A DNA stretch of 64,000 nucleotides from Bacteroidia bacterium (GCA_026391215.1 JAPLDX010000056.1:44827-108826), one strand, 5' to 3'; shown: positions 9,833-21,400, counted from the first letter of the stretch. Translations and numbers: made by a program. The notes: a model not told the origin generated them from the letters alone.

Positions 9833-10623
9833 ACAGCTACCTGCCCTTGTTCAGGGAGAGCCCTGTAGATGATCTTTGCGTCGGTGCGGGGGATCCGTAG
9901 TTTAATAAATGGCTGATAATCAGGTACCCTGAAAGTAACAACTCTTAAGAATGTATTCCCGGCATTGATCAGCCTGTACCGCAGGTTAAATATGAAAAGA
10001 CGTATCCCGTCACCAGACCGTAATTTTCCTTCCTGATAGATAAAAAGTCTCGTTCCGTTATCCATTTCCAAAATGTAGTTCACCGGTTCATAATCGGCAG
10101 TATCGGGAATAATATCAGGTTTGAATTCAGAAGTATCTTTAGGAGCCATCCTGATCATGAGCGGTTCCTTCTCAATGGAAGCTATACTCTTACTGATCGT
10201 AAATGGATTGGAAAGCATTGACAGAATGACATAATCGTTTTTTGCGCTTAACATCCTGCTGACTTTCATCTTCTTTATATCTGCTTTATGGACAACCACA
10301 CCGTTTATCTCAAGGTTTACAGTACTATCAGGCATGTCGATAGTAAGGTAAATTGAATCGGACTCAGCCATTGCAACTTTTGACTGAAGGAATGATTTCT
10401 CCTTTAATAATGACAGATATGTTGAATCAGTAAATATCCTTTCGTCGACAGGTTTCTTTTCATCCTGCCTGAACCCGTATATGTTTTTTAATTCTTTATA
10501 TTTTTTTGCCGGGGCCAGCAATGTCATGATCGAATAATAAATCAGGAAACACAGTACGATGACTATCCATACAATTATTTTGTATTTCCTGTCTGCAGAT
10601 GTATATTCTTTTTCTGTTTCCAT
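9823..10623 (-). CDS. Hypothetical membrane-anchored protein
   Basis: 266-aa ORF with one N-terminal TM helix (IIVWIVIVLCFLIYYSIMTLL). It is first in a run of co-oriented envelope genes. Confidence 0.5.
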   Translation of the reverse strand: METEKEYTSADRKYKIIVWIVIVLCFLIYYSIMTLLAPAKKYKELKNIYGFRQDEKKPVDERIFTDSTYLSLLKEKSFLQSKVAMAESDSIYLTIDMPDSTVNLEINGVVVHKADIKKMKVSRMLSAKNDYVILSMLSNPFTISKSIASIEKEPLMIRMAPKDTSEFKPDIIPDTADYEPVNYILEMDNGTRLFIYQEGKLRSGDGIRLFIFNLRYRLINAGNTFLRVVTFRVPDYQPFIKLRIPRTDAKIIYRALPEQGQVAVYF

Positions 10624-10640
10624 ATCGGTTCTTATCCGGA

Positions 10641-11453
10641 TCAGAATATGTATACTTTAGATCCTATGCTGAGGGTATTAAAAATAACCTTCAGATCTTC
10701 ATCATTAAGACGGACACAACCATGAGTTACGGGCATGCCCAGAAACCTTTTGTAAATGGTTCCGTGGATCAGGTAACCATCACCCAGGGCGAGCGCATAT
10801 TCTCCAAGCACTCCGTATTCATACCTCGAATAGTGGTCCTGAGGAGGTATTGGCAGTCCTTCCTCAACAAATGCCCAGTCAGGTTTCTTCCAGTAAGGAT
10901 TTGTAGTTTTCCCCTGTATCCAGAATCTTCCCTTTGGAGTCTTAAATGTCCAGCTTCTTCCTTCCTCTGTTTTTAGCAATTTATAACTGCCTGTGCTGCA
11001 ATGGCCTTCTCTCACAAGCTTCTTATTCCTGTAAAGACAAAAGAGGTTATCAGTTGTGTTGATCACAAGGTATGATTGACCCGATGTATAGCTGTTATAT
11101 TTTCTTGAAAGACGCTGAACATCTCTCTTTATCTGAGCTATCTGTTTCTTATAAACTGCGTCCTTCTTCAGTTCATCTGAATTTTCAATGACAATTTTTA
11201 CCACCCGGGGAATCTCTTGTATTGCCGGAATTGCATTGATAAAAAAGGCAAACAGTGAAGCTATGATTAATAAGATAAGGAGCCCCATTGATAATGGCCG
11301 CAGAACTCTTATAACCTTTTCATTATCAAGTATTCTCTGGTAAAATGAATTGCCGGTGCCTTTTATCTCTTCTGTGGCATCAGGATCATTTTCAGCCGGT
11401 GTCTTTTCTATGCCGGGAAGTAATCCGTTATCAGGTATGAATTCATCTTCCAT
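10641..11453 (-). CDS. L,D-transpeptidase (YkuD domain), membrane-anchored
   Basis: C-terminal HGTIYKRFLGMPVTHGCVRLNDEDL matches the YkuD His/Cys active-site motif. A TM helix lies near residue 60. Confidence 0.8.
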   Translation of the reverse strand: MEDEFIPDNGLLPGIEKTPAENDPDATEEIKGTGNSFYQRILDNEKVIRVLRPLSMGLLILLIIASLFAFFINAIPAIQEIPRVVKIVIENSDELKKDAVYKKQIAQIKRDVQRLSRKYNSYTSGQSYLVINTTDNLFCLYRNKKLVREGHCSTGSYKLLKTEEGRSWTFKTPKGRFWIQGKTTNPYWKKPDWAFVEEGLPIPPQDHYSRYEYGVLGEYALALGDGYLIHGTIYKRFLGMPVTHGCVRLNDEDLKVIFNTLSIGSKVYIF

Positions 11454-11463
11454 CAGTGCAGAT

Positions 11464-12523
11464 TTATCTGTTCAGGACATGCCTGAGGCTGTACATAGAT
11501 CCAACAATTGTTACAGGAGTTCCCTCCCTCACATACTTGAATATACTATCCATTTCCCTGTCTTTCAGAGCGATGCATCCCGCAGTCCAGTCTGCGCCTC
11601 TTCCGCCGTTTCCATGAATTTCTATCATATCCCCTATCCTGGCTGAGCGTGATATACTGCCGCTTTCTATGGCATGATTGAATTCCAATGTATCCTCCTC
11701 ATTCGGGTAGTTAATCAGAAGCGCCTTATAATACTTGGTACTGTCACTTTCAAATTTCCTGGATATTTTATACATGCCCTCAGGCCGCAGTGAATTCGGT
11801 AATTTTTGTTCCGTCAAGATAAACAAAAAATTTATGTGAAAATTTGTCGACGATGATCGAGTAATCATGACTTTCTCTCGATAAGGCTAAAGTGCTGTCA
11901 ATCCATATTTTCCATTGAGGATATGATCTGAAATAACTCTTCAGGTTTTCATCAGCATATTGATAAGAAGATCCCAGGAGAGACTTTGAATCTGATATCT
12001 TGCTCTCTGCCTGGAGGTAATTGCCTTCCCTATAAGCTAATTCCGCTTCCCTCATCAGCATTTTTCCCAATGATATCTTATTACGTACTTCGATTGTCAG
12101 GGGATATGTCGGGAAGATCTTATTGATCTTTGCCATAAGGTCGTTAATGTCTTTCAACTCCTGTTCCAGGCGGACCCTGAGGCTTGAAGTATTGTATACT
12201 GAGATTTCAGAAGCTTCTTTTGCTTTATTTGAGGATAATTCAGCCAGGGCGAGTATTTTGCTGTAATTTCTTTTATAGATGAACTTTGTGTTTTCGCGCC
12301 TCCAGTTGGCCATTGCAGAATCGTAACAATTCATGGTTTCTTTGAACAGTTCCTCTGAGTAGATATCAGCTTTGTTTTTGCGGGCCAGGGAAATAGCTTC
12401 ACGTGCCTCCTTCATTTCTTTTGCGGGAGGAGGAGGAACAGGATAAAAGAAAAGGAAAACCATCAGGGTTATGAAAACTGCAATTGCAGAAATTATAAGA
12501 ATATGCCACCAGGGTTTTCCCAT
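11464..12523 (-). pseudogene. L,D-transpeptidase-family gene split by a 1-nt frame change (two overlapping ORFs, 11780-12523 and 11464-11868)
   Basis: The upstream ORF ends ...FVYLDGTKITEFTAA* at 11780. The catalytic part (RPEGMYKI ... IHGNGGRGADWTAGCIAL) continues in the +1 frame. The frames overlap at 11783-11868. Confidence 0.5.
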
Positions 12524-12544
12524 TAAAAGTGATTTTAGTTACCC

Positions 12545-12572
12545 AAAAAAAACCCCGGGGATAAACCCGGGG
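12545..12572 (-). terminator. Intrinsic terminator
   Basis: On the minus strand: CCCCGGG-TTTAT-CCCCGGGG followed by T8, about 30 nt after the stop of the 12604-13200 gene. Confidence 0.65.
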
Positions 12573-12603
12573 ATATTTCTTATTTCATGAAATTGATGAC
12601 AGA

Positions 12604-13200
12604 TTAGAATCTGATCCTTGCTTTTGTTAAAGCTTCCTTGATTTCAGCGTTCAAACCGTCAGCTTTTTCTTTAGCAGCTTTGATCTTGTTAAGTGCATCC
12701 ATGAAAGCACCCTTGTCATATGCGCCCTGAGCTTCAGCAACTGCAGCGTCGACATTTGACAGGTCAGCTTTGATCTGCTCAATAACAGCAGCACCTTCTT
12801 TACCTCTCGGGAGTTTGAGAACGAGCTTGCCGTTTTCAGTAACAACATTCTTTATGTCGTTCAGAAGAGTTTCAGCTTCTTTCTTAATTTCATCTTTCTT
12901 GGCGGCTACTTTACCGGCGACCTCATTTGCCAGTGTTGTAACAGCAGCTAATTTTTCTTTTTCAGCTGCCATGCCTTTAAATAATTTTCCTTCTTTGGCT
13001 TCAATTGCAGCCATAACAGCGTTCAGTGAATCCTGTACTGCTGCGAATTCAGCAGGTAAATAAACATTAGCTTCTGCTACCTTAGCAGCCTCAATAGCAG
13101 CATTGGTTGCATCAATTTCAACTTGCGGTTTTTTTCCGCAACTGGAAAGAACAGCAACCATTGCGATAGCTGCCAGTCCCATTAAAATTTTACTTTTCAT
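12604..13200 (-). CDS. Ala/Lys/Glu-rich coiled-coil lipoprotein, function unknown
   Basis: Signal plus lipobox (VLSSCGKKP) and low-complexity helical composition. A strong terminator follows. Confidence 0.6.
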   Translation of the reverse strand: MKSKILMGLAAIAMVAVLSSCGKKPQVEIDATNAAIEAAKVAEANVYLPAEFAAVQDSLNAVMAAIEAKEGKLFKGMAAEKEKLAAVTTLANEVAGKVAAKKDEIKKEAETLLNDIKNVVTENGKLVLKLPRGKEGAAVIEQIKADLSNVDAAVAEAQGAYDKGAFMDALNKIKAAKEKADGLNAEIKEALTKARIRF

Positions 13201-13387
13201 TTCTAGATTTTTTAATACTTTGTTTATTTAAAACTTCCGATTTGTTTAAAATTAATCGTTTTAGTTTAAATTTTTACGGTGCGAAGATACTATAATTTAG
13301 TGATATAGCAATGGAAAAATGAATAATATTTTTTCATTTATCAACAGGCCTGTTCAAATAATCACATGCAATATATCTCAAGTTATA

Positions 13388-15628
13388 CTAATCAATAATA
13401 GAAAATTCCGTTTTTTTATTATCGGTAGAGTTTGTTCCGATAAAGAGTTCAAAGTCACCCGGATCATAGCTGTAACTCATATCCTGATGATAATACGACA
13501 GATCTTTCGGGTATATCGTAAAAGATATACTGGCTGTTTCCCCTTTCCTTATCAGGACCTTCATAAAACCCTTCAGCTCCTTAACAGGTCTTGTCACATC
13601 GCCGATAAGGTCCCTGATATAAAGCTGCACAATTTCTTCTCCATCCCTGTCGCCGGTATTTTTCACCTCAACAGAAGCGATAATCTGTTCAGTTCCCCCG
13701 AATGATTGCTTGTTAAGCTTTATATCCGAGTAACTGAATGTTGTATAACTCAATCCGTAGCCAAAAGGATAGAGCGGAGTATTGGGACTGTCAAGATAAT
13801 TTGATTTGAACTTCTCATAAGGATTTTCCCGATTTATAGGCCTTCCCGTATTCTTTGAATTATAGAATATTGGAATTTGCCCGACATTCAGTGGGAATGT
13901 CATGGTGATCTTCCCTGAAGGATTCACGTCTCCGAACAGGACATCAGCAATTCCGTTTCCGGCCTCAGTGCCACCAAACCATGTTTCAAGTATTGCCGGA
14001 GCCATTTTATCGAGTTTGGGAATTGCAAGAGGCCTCCCATTAAACAGGACTACGGCAACAGGTTTACCTGTCCTGATTATAGCCTCAGCCAGCTCCATCT
14101 GCACTCCTGGCAGGGAGATATCTGTACGGCTGGCAGCCTCGCCGCTCATCATGAAATTCTCTCCAAGGGCGAGGATAATGAAATCAGCTTTTTTCGCTGT
14201 CGAAACTGCCTGGTTGATCCCGCTCAGGTCGTTATCATTCACATTGCATCCTTTTGCTGTTAATAAATTAACAGTACTTCCTACCTTGTTCTTAATTCCT
14301 TCAACCAGGGTGACAGCTTTATCAAACTGCCCTGCCCCAAACCAGAACCCGAGCATATCCATCTTTGAATCTGCAAGCGGACCGATCACAGCGATGGTCC
14401 TGGCTGACTTCGGAACGGGAAGCGTATTATTATTCTTAAGAAGTACGCATGATTTTGCCACAAATTCCCTGGCAAACGAGCGGTGCTCAGGAGTCATTAT
14501 CTCCTCAGCTTCCCTCTTTTTATCACAGTATTTGTACGGATCATCGAATAATCCCAGTTTGTACTTTGCTACAAGGATCCTGCGAACCGCATTATCAAGT
14601 GTCTCTTCACTCACTTTCCCTGATTTCACCAGATCGGTAAGTTGTGTCAGAAATGCGCTTCCCTGCATATCCATATCAACTCCTGCATTCATTGCAAGCT
14701 CTGATGCTTGCGAAAGATCCGAAGCGACGCCATGAGGGATCAGCTCATTAAGCGAGCTATAGTCGGTTACGATAAAACCATCAAATTTCCAGTCATCGCG
14801 AAGCAGGTCGGTCAGCAGCCATCTGTTTGACGTTGCCGGAACTCCTGCAATTTCATTGAATGAAGTCATTACAGAACCGACACCTGCATCCACAGCTGCC
14901 TGATATGGAGGGAGATACCATTCATAGAGAGATCTCTCCGACATATCCACCACATGGTAGTCTCTTCCTCCCTGGGGCGCTCCGTAGGCTGCAAAGTGTT
15001 TCACACATGCAAGAACGGTATTATTATCTGACAATGAAGATCCCTGGAAACCTCGTACCCTGGCAGCTGATATCAGCGATCCCAGGAAGGTATCCTCACC
15101 TGCTCCTTCCATCACCCTTCCCCATCTTGGATCACGTGCAATATCTACCATAGGAGCAAATACCCAGTTGAGACCCTCAGCCGTGGCTTCAATGGCTGCG
15201 ATACGCTCTGATTTTTCGATCATTGCAGTATCCCATGATGCTGCCTGTCCAAGGTTTATCGGAAAGATTGTCCTGTGACCATGAATAACGTCATATCCAA
15301 AGATCAGAGGAATATGCAGGCGGGTTTCTTCAACGGCTATTTTCTGAAGATTCCTTACAAAATCCACAGTATAGGCATTAAAGACAGCGCCGACCTTTCC
15401 CTGCCTGATAAGATCAATATAATCATTCCTCATGGTCGGCCCGGTCAGTGACATGTCGCTTGTAAAAAGCGACACCTGTCCTATCTTTTCATCGAGAGTC
15501 ATAAGTTTGATAATGGAATCTGCCTTCTTGTTATAAAGAGATGCAACATCTCCCGGCTTTGTCTTGCAGCTACTCGCAAACATAATTGTTACAAGAAGGA
15601 GGACAATAGGTAATCGTCTGTTTTTCAT
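13388..15628 (-). CDS. bglX: GH3 beta-glucosidase (BglX-like), lipoprotein
   Basis: 746 aa. KHFAAYGAPQGGRDY, GFIVTDYSSL (nucleophile Asp region), and a C-terminal FnIII-like GH3 domain. Confidence 0.9.
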   Translation of the reverse strand: MKNRRLPIVLLLVTIMFASSCKTKPGDVASLYNKKADSIIKLMTLDEKIGQVSLFTSDMSLTGPTMRNDYIDLIRQGKVGAVFNAYTVDFVRNLQKIAVEETRLHIPLIFGYDVIHGHRTIFPINLGQAASWDTAMIEKSERIAAIEATAEGLNWVFAPMVDIARDPRWGRVMEGAGEDTFLGSLISAARVRGFQGSSLSDNNTVLACVKHFAAYGAPQGGRDYHVVDMSERSLYEWYLPPYQAAVDAGVGSVMTSFNEIAGVPATSNRWLLTDLLRDDWKFDGFIVTDYSSLNELIPHGVASDLSQASELAMNAGVDMDMQGSAFLTQLTDLVKSGKVSEETLDNAVRRILVAKYKLGLFDDPYKYCDKKREAEEIMTPEHRSFAREFVAKSCVLLKNNNTLPVPKSARTIAVIGPLADSKMDMLGFWFGAGQFDKAVTLVEGIKNKVGSTVNLLTAKGCNVNDNDLSGINQAVSTAKKADFIILALGENFMMSGEAASRTDISLPGVQMELAEAIIRTGKPVAVVLFNGRPLAIPKLDKMAPAILETWFGGTEAGNGIADVLFGDVNPSGKITMTFPLNVGQIPIFYNSKNTGRPINRENPYEKFKSNYLDSPNTPLYPFGYGLSYTTFSYSDIKLNKQSFGGTEQIIASVEVKNTGDRDGEEIVQLYIRDLIGDVTRPVKELKGFMKVLIRKGETASISFTIYPKDLSYYHQDMSYSYDPGDFELFIGTNSTDNKKTEFSIID

Positions 15629-15632
15629 GGGT

Positions 15633-17387
15633 TTATTGTTTAATTATTGAACTTCTCTCACCAATACCGTTTTCATTAATCGCCTCAATGGCAAAATAAT
15701 ATAGTTTTTCCTTATCCATAGTTTTCAGCCAGTATTCATTTGCATTGTATACCATTATACAGTTATACAGCTTGTCAGGGGTAATACCTATGTAAATATT
15801 GTATGCATAGGCATTATCAACTCTGTTCCACTTTATCCATGCGCTTCGTTTGTCTTTCTCGGTCCTCAGCACTGTAAATCCTGTAACAGATGAAGGCGCC
15901 TGGCCTGTTCCTTGGCCAAAGACTCTGAATCCGCTGATGCTGAATTTACCTGTGGGCATATGCAGATTTTCCAGTTTGAGGTATCTCGTCTGAACAGGCC
16001 TGGGCAATTCAACATAGTCATGAGGTACATCTGCCATGTTTTTGCTTTTGTCAACCAGAATATTCCACTTTTTACCGTCCTTTGATTCAAGTATCCTGTA
16101 CTGATGATATACTTCGGTTGATTTTCCGAGAAATTCAGCATCCTGGTCCGCATAGTTGATCTGGATTGCCATTACTGTTGATATTGTGCCAAGATCAGAC
16201 TGCATCCATTCGCCGGGATTACCCGTTTCAGCGCTCCAGTATGTTTTAATATCCTCATCTACTGCAAAGTTGGAATAATAACTTCCATATGTGGATGATA
16301 CCATGACAGGTTTGTTGAAATTAAGCAGCATCCAGCCGGTGAAACGGCTCTTAAGATGATCTTCTGTTCCGTCAGGCAGGTACGTCGGATAATCCCCGAA
16401 TGCCTGGTTGCAGAACATTATACCGTCTTGATCAAAACCGGCCGGCCAGATGCCAATCCTCCGCTCAAAATTATTCTTTACTGAAATTGCTATTGTTGAT
16501 ACATGCCAGTAGTTCTTCCAGTTATCCTGGAATGTCGCACCATGCCCTGCCCCTCTGGCAAATCCGCCGGGCTTATAGCTGAAAGGCATCGATTGAGGAG
16601 AAAAATATCCCAAGGGATCATCGCCAACCACAACTCCGTCGGCATACCCGCTGAATTCAGTTCCGGGAGCACCGTATTGCAGGTAATATCTGCCGTTATG
16701 TTTTGTCATCCAGGCGCCTTCAATGAATGGATCAAGAAAAGTATCATCATAGTTCTCACCGAAACGCTGCCATCCATAGCGCCATGGCTCAAGCATGTAC
16801 ATCTCTTTTCTTGTACCGGCAGGCTGTAATGTCTTCCTGTTCAGTTCAATGCCATAAACAGGGTATTTGTTGCTGCTTCCGTTGTACATGTATAATTTCC
16901 CATTATCGTCAGTGAAAAATGCAGGATCCCAACCACCGATTTCGAAAGAATCTATCAGTGGCTTCCAGATATTGTTTTTCGGATCCGTGCTCATCCAGAT
17001 TGAAAAAGTCCTGGTATAGGTTGATCCAAAGACCAGCATCGTATCGCTTATTATCCCAACAGCCGGAGCGCACAGCTCGTCATAGCTGTTGTTCCATGGC
17101 CGCAAAAATCTTCTGGAAATATATTTCCATTTAAGCAAATCGCTGCTCCACCAGTATCCCCACTGATTTGTCGAAAAGAGATAATAATCACCTTTATAAT
17201 TTACGATAACCGGATCAGCTGTAGCCCTGTGTTTGCCAGCCGCTGTGTAATCCGGAATAGGTGTATATCCATAGTCAATATTGACTGGGTTGCAATACGT
17301 AGTCTGCTTCTGGGCAAAAAGCGGACCTGACAGGCTCAAAAATATTGAAACCGACAGAATTGAATATTTTATATTTCTCATTATCAA
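15633..17387 (-). CDS. GH43-family glycoside hydrolase with discoidin (F5/8 type C)-like and FN3-like C-terminal domains
   Basis: 584 aa with signal peptide. ADPVIVNYKGDYYLFST is typical of the GH43 five-bladed propeller. Only 4 nt separate it from the GH3 gene. Confidence 0.8.
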   Translation of the reverse strand: MIMRNIKYSILSVSIFLSLSGPLFAQKQTTYCNPVNIDYGYTPIPDYTAAGKHRATADPVIVNYKGDYYLFSTNQWGYWWSSDLLKWKYISRRFLRPWNNSYDELCAPAVGIISDTMLVFGSTYTRTFSIWMSTDPKNNIWKPLIDSFEIGGWDPAFFTDDNGKLYMYNGSSNKYPVYGIELNRKTLQPAGTRKEMYMLEPWRYGWQRFGENYDDTFLDPFIEGAWMTKHNGRYYLQYGAPGTEFSGYADGVVVGDDPLGYFSPQSMPFSYKPGGFARGAGHGATFQDNWKNYWHVSTIAISVKNNFERRIGIWPAGFDQDGIMFCNQAFGDYPTYLPDGTEDHLKSRFTGWMLLNFNKPVMVSSTYGSYYSNFAVDEDIKTYWSAETGNPGEWMQSDLGTISTVMAIQINYADQDAEFLGKSTEVYHQYRILESKDGKKWNILVDKSKNMADVPHDYVELPRPVQTRYLKLENLHMPTGKFSISGFRVFGQGTGQAPSSVTGFTVLRTEKDKRSAWIKWNRVDNAYAYNIYIGITPDKLYNCIMVYNANEYWLKTMDKEKLYYFAIEAINENGIGERSSIIKQ

Positions 17388-17538
17388 AATTATAGAAGAA
17401 TTATTTTTTCGATTTTCTTAAAGGTAAAAAATAGTCAACTGATTAATGCTATTGCCTGTGAAAGCACGACTTTCAACAATGATCTATATGTTATAAGAAA
17501 AGGGCAGTGAAAGTAAGGGAGAAAGGATATTAATTATC

Positions 17539-18426
17539 TTATTTCAGGAAATACCTTAGTCCCAGACTTAAACCAATTGCCTGAACACTGGCTCCCGAGC
17601 TTCCTTCCAGAAGACTGTTCATTTCATCGGCTTTTGAGGATATCATGAAGTTTGGATCCGGACCAGAAGATAAAATATTTGAAAGCGCCCTGTTATAATG
17701 GCCGCCAATAAGAACCTGCATTTTTTTACTTAAAGAAACAAAGACACTGCCTGAAGCATTAACTGAAAGGCTGAAAGGTTTCAGCTCCAAATCACCTGTT
17801 GCAGTAGTAGGTACATTGCTTGGGAAATAAACCGGTATATCTGAAAGGGTCACATTGTATGTTGCATAATATCCGGAATAAGAAAATTTTCCGCTTCCAT
17901 CATAACTTTTAACCAGAGGTATATCAAACCCAATCCCTCCCTGCAGGCAAAAACCAATTTTACCCTCAGCAGGAAATCGTAGTGATAAGCCCACCGGAAT
18001 ATGAATGTAACCGATCTTATTGTTTTCAACGATTGAAGATCCATTGATGGTCATTACATAAGATTCGTTTTCGGAATCTTTTGTAGAATAATTATCAGAC
18101 CATGAAACAAGAGACAGTTGCGACGAGAAGCCGCTATATCCGATTCCAAAGCTTATTCCGGCTGCCCTGGAAAAGAAATAATCCAGATCCAGAGCCCCAT
18201 GCAATGATTTTCCGCCACTGGTGCTTAACTCTGATAAGCCAGCTATTTCTCCTGATGAGACTTTGGTCATCGATGGATTCAGGTAAATGGTCATACATAG
18301 CTTATTCATCTGTCCTCCCGCACGCTTTCTTGATTCGGTACCTTGCGGGAACAATGCTGTATTAAGCGCGGTCAGCAAGAAGAACAACAGGAAAAAATAC
18401 TTGCTATTTGATGCTATATTCTTCAT
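17539..18426 (-). CDS. Outer-membrane beta-barrel protein (porin-family-like)
   Basis: I place the start at the internal MKNIASNSKYFFLLFFLL... (ATG at 18426), which gives a signal peptide. The sequence has alternating beta-strand character and ends GLSLGLRYFLK. It starts 22 nt downstream of the giant gene. Confidence 0.6.
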   Translation of the reverse strand: MKNIASNSKYFFLLFFLLTALNTALFPQGTESRKRAGGQMNKLCMTIYLNPSMTKVSSGEIAGLSELSTSGGKSLHGALDLDYFFSRAAGISFGIGYSGFSSQLSLVSWSDNYSTKDSENESYVMTINGSSIVENNKIGYIHIPVGLSLRFPAEGKIGFCLQGGIGFDIPLVKSYDGSGKFSYSGYYATYNVTLSDIPVYFPSNVPTTATGDLELKPFSLSVNASGSVFVSLSKKMQVLIGGHYNRALSNILSSGPDPNFMISSKADEMNSLLEGSSGASVQAIGLSLGLRYFLK

Positions 18427-18448
18427 ATTATAATAATTGCTTAAGTAA

Positions 18449-21400
18449 CTATTTAATAACAACAATTTTTGAAGTGCTGAATAGTTCATTATTGACCAGG
18501 ACTTCAATTGTATACGTCCCGCTTTGCAGCCCGGGCAGAGCAATTTCGCTATCAAGCTTAAAGTCCAGCTTCTCGGTCTGAAGTTCAATAACTTTGACCC
18601 CGGTCGAATTGTAAAATCTTATCAATGTTCTTCCGTAATCATCGCCGCTGATGCTCAAAGTTATATTCTTACTGGCCGGATTCGGATATACATATGCCGA
18701 CTTTGTTCCTGTAATATTAATTGCAGCTGAAGGATTCTGACATCCGTTTTTATCAGTTGCCCAAACATAATAACTTCCCGGCGATTTGGCAGTCACATAA
18801 TATTGCTTTGTTGCGCCGGAAATTGCAATTCCTCCCTTAAACCACTGCCAGCTTGTCAATGAATCACCGACGTTATAGCAGATAAGCACATTGTTCCATT
18901 TTGCCTTTATTTTAGGAACAACACCTTTTTTCACTTTTGCTGAAACTTCACTGCTGTAAGAACTGGCCATACCCACTGTATTCACGGCTGTTACACGGAA
19001 ATAATAAGTGACTCCGGGTGTTAATCCTGAAATTGTTTTGGCAACACTTGAGATTGTGGACGTGGAGTCAATTTTTGTAGTTGGACTGGCGGATGTTCCT
19101 CCAAAAATAATGTACCGGAGGAAATTCGCATCTGTGATTGCTGTCCAGCTCAGAGTAACCAGGTTATTGCATGAAGAAGCTGTAAGGCCGGCCGGTGTTG
19201 CCGGCGGATTCATCAGTGTTGTAACAGTAATTGTACCCGAATTCAAGCTTGCCCCATAACTATTGGATGCGCGGACCCTGTAGTAATAAACAGTGTTCGC
19301 TGTAAGTCCGGTCACACTATAGCTGGTTACATTTCCCACATATATGTTGCTAAAGCCAGGGAGGAATGATGAAAATGTATTGCTTGTCGAAACATCCAGC
19401 TCATAACTGTTGGCATTGGGTGAGCTGTTCCAGTTTGCAGTGAAGCTTGTCTGTACAACACTGGTTGCATCAGTTGCTACCGGTGCTGCAGGAATGCCAA
19501 GGGTAATGGTTTTAATCACGTTTGAATAGACGATGCTTGTTCCTCCTGCATTATATGCACGGAGCCTGTAATAGTAGATAGAGCCGGAAGTAAGTCCCGA
19601 GACATTTGCGCTTGTAATATTACCCACATCCTTACTATTGTAGCCTGTTACAATCGTTGTGAAAGTTGAGTCGGTTGCGATATCCAGCTTGTATCCTGTT
19701 GCCCCTGTTGAGGCTGACCAGTGAGAAGTGAAGCTGGTCTCAGCAATATTGGTTGCTGCACTGGCCACAGGAGCTGCCAGAAGGTTGAACTGTCCTTCAG
19801 CAGCCCATGCACCTCCGGCATAAGCCTGGTCAATTGCCTGCACGCTCCAGTAATATTTCCCCGGAGCCAGGTTGGTGATAGTGTATCCGTTACTCCTGAG
19901 TTCCGCGTTACCTATTGCCGGAATTCTACGGAATCCTGTGCTCACTGAGGCCATCGGACCAACGATACTGCTCCCTCCCGCTGCAGTTCCAATGCGGATG
20001 TTATATGTAAGTGTATTCTGCGGCGTTTTGCTGTCTGTTGCCTTGTTCCAGGTAAAGCTGACCTTGTTCACGCTGAGTGCAGATGCAAGCAGATTTGTCG
20101 GGGCAGATGGCACTGTATTTGCAACAATACTGTTGTTTTTGTATACTTTGGATGTATAAGATCCAGCTAATAAAATGTCCAGATCGCCATCATTATCATA
20201 ATCGCCCCAGGTTACAGAACCATAGTTTATTCCGGTTAAACCTGCATTTATGTCGGTAAAGACTCCTGCATCATTCTTATAGATCTTTGAATAACCGGAA
20301 CCTGTCAACAGAATGTCCAGGTCGCCGTCATTGTCATAATCGCCCCAGGTTACAGAACCATAGTTTATTCCGGTTAGACCTGCATTTATATCGGTAAAGA
20401 TTCCTGCATCATTTTTATAGATCTTTGAATAACCACTTCCGGTCAACAGGATATCAAGGTCGCCATCATTATCATAATCGCCCCATGCGACTGAACTGTT
20501 ACTTACTCCGGCTAAACCAGCATTGATATTGGTAAAAACTCCTGTATCATTCCTGTAAATTCTTGAATCACTGTTGCCTGTTAACAGAATATCCAGGTCA
20601 CCATCATTGTCATAATCCCCCCATGCAACTGAACTGGCGTTTACTCCGGTTAAACCGGCAGTGATATCGGTAAAAACTCCTGCATCATTCCTGTAGATTT
20701 TTGAAACGGAATTTGATCCGTCATAACCTGTTAATAAGATATCCAGATCGCCATCATTATCATAATCGCCCAAGGCAACTGAACCATCATATACTCCGGC
20801 TAAACCGGCATTTTTATCTGTGAAAACTCCCGCATCATTTTGGTATATATTTGATACATAAAACCAACCAGAGTTATAATATTCACCAGTCAACAGTATA
20901 TCCAGATCGCCGTCGTTATCATAGTCGCCCCAGGCAACAGAACTTCTGTATACTCCTTTTAAGCCGGCAATGATATCCGTGAAAACTCCTGCATCGTTCC
21001 GATATATTTTTGAGATATAATTTGATCCGTCATCCCCTGTTAATAATATATCCAGATCACCATCGCTGTCATAATCACCCCAGGCTACTGAGCCTCTATA
21101 AATTCCCGTTAAATTTAACCCAGTTTGTTCAGTAAAGGCAGGAACACTTATTTTCACTTCATTGGTAGCATATTCAATCGCATTTTTTGTCGACACACAT
21201 ACCACATAGTAAGTCCCGTATGAAGAAAAACCAGGCGTATATGTTGTCCCTGTGGCCCCTGTAATTGTTTGGTCATAAGGGCCGCCGCTCACAGTTGAAT
21301 ATTTCCACTGTCTCGATGTTGGAGTGCTTGATTCGGTCACTGTCAGTACAGTACCGTTCTGATTGATCAGCAGGGATTGATCAGTAACGGGACTTATTGA

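Noticed and set aside
1-17387. GH20, GH3 and GH43 genes as a polysaccharide utilisation locus
   Set aside because: There is no SusC/SusD pair or hybrid two-component or ECF regulator in the window, and the glycosidases are separated by unrelated genes.
18427-18588. N-terminal extension of the OMP ORF (track start 18588), which overlaps the 3' end of the giant gene
   Set aside because: The extension has no signal peptide and overlaps the CTD-coding region. The internal ATG at 18426 yields a canonical signal peptide and a 22-nt intergenic gap.
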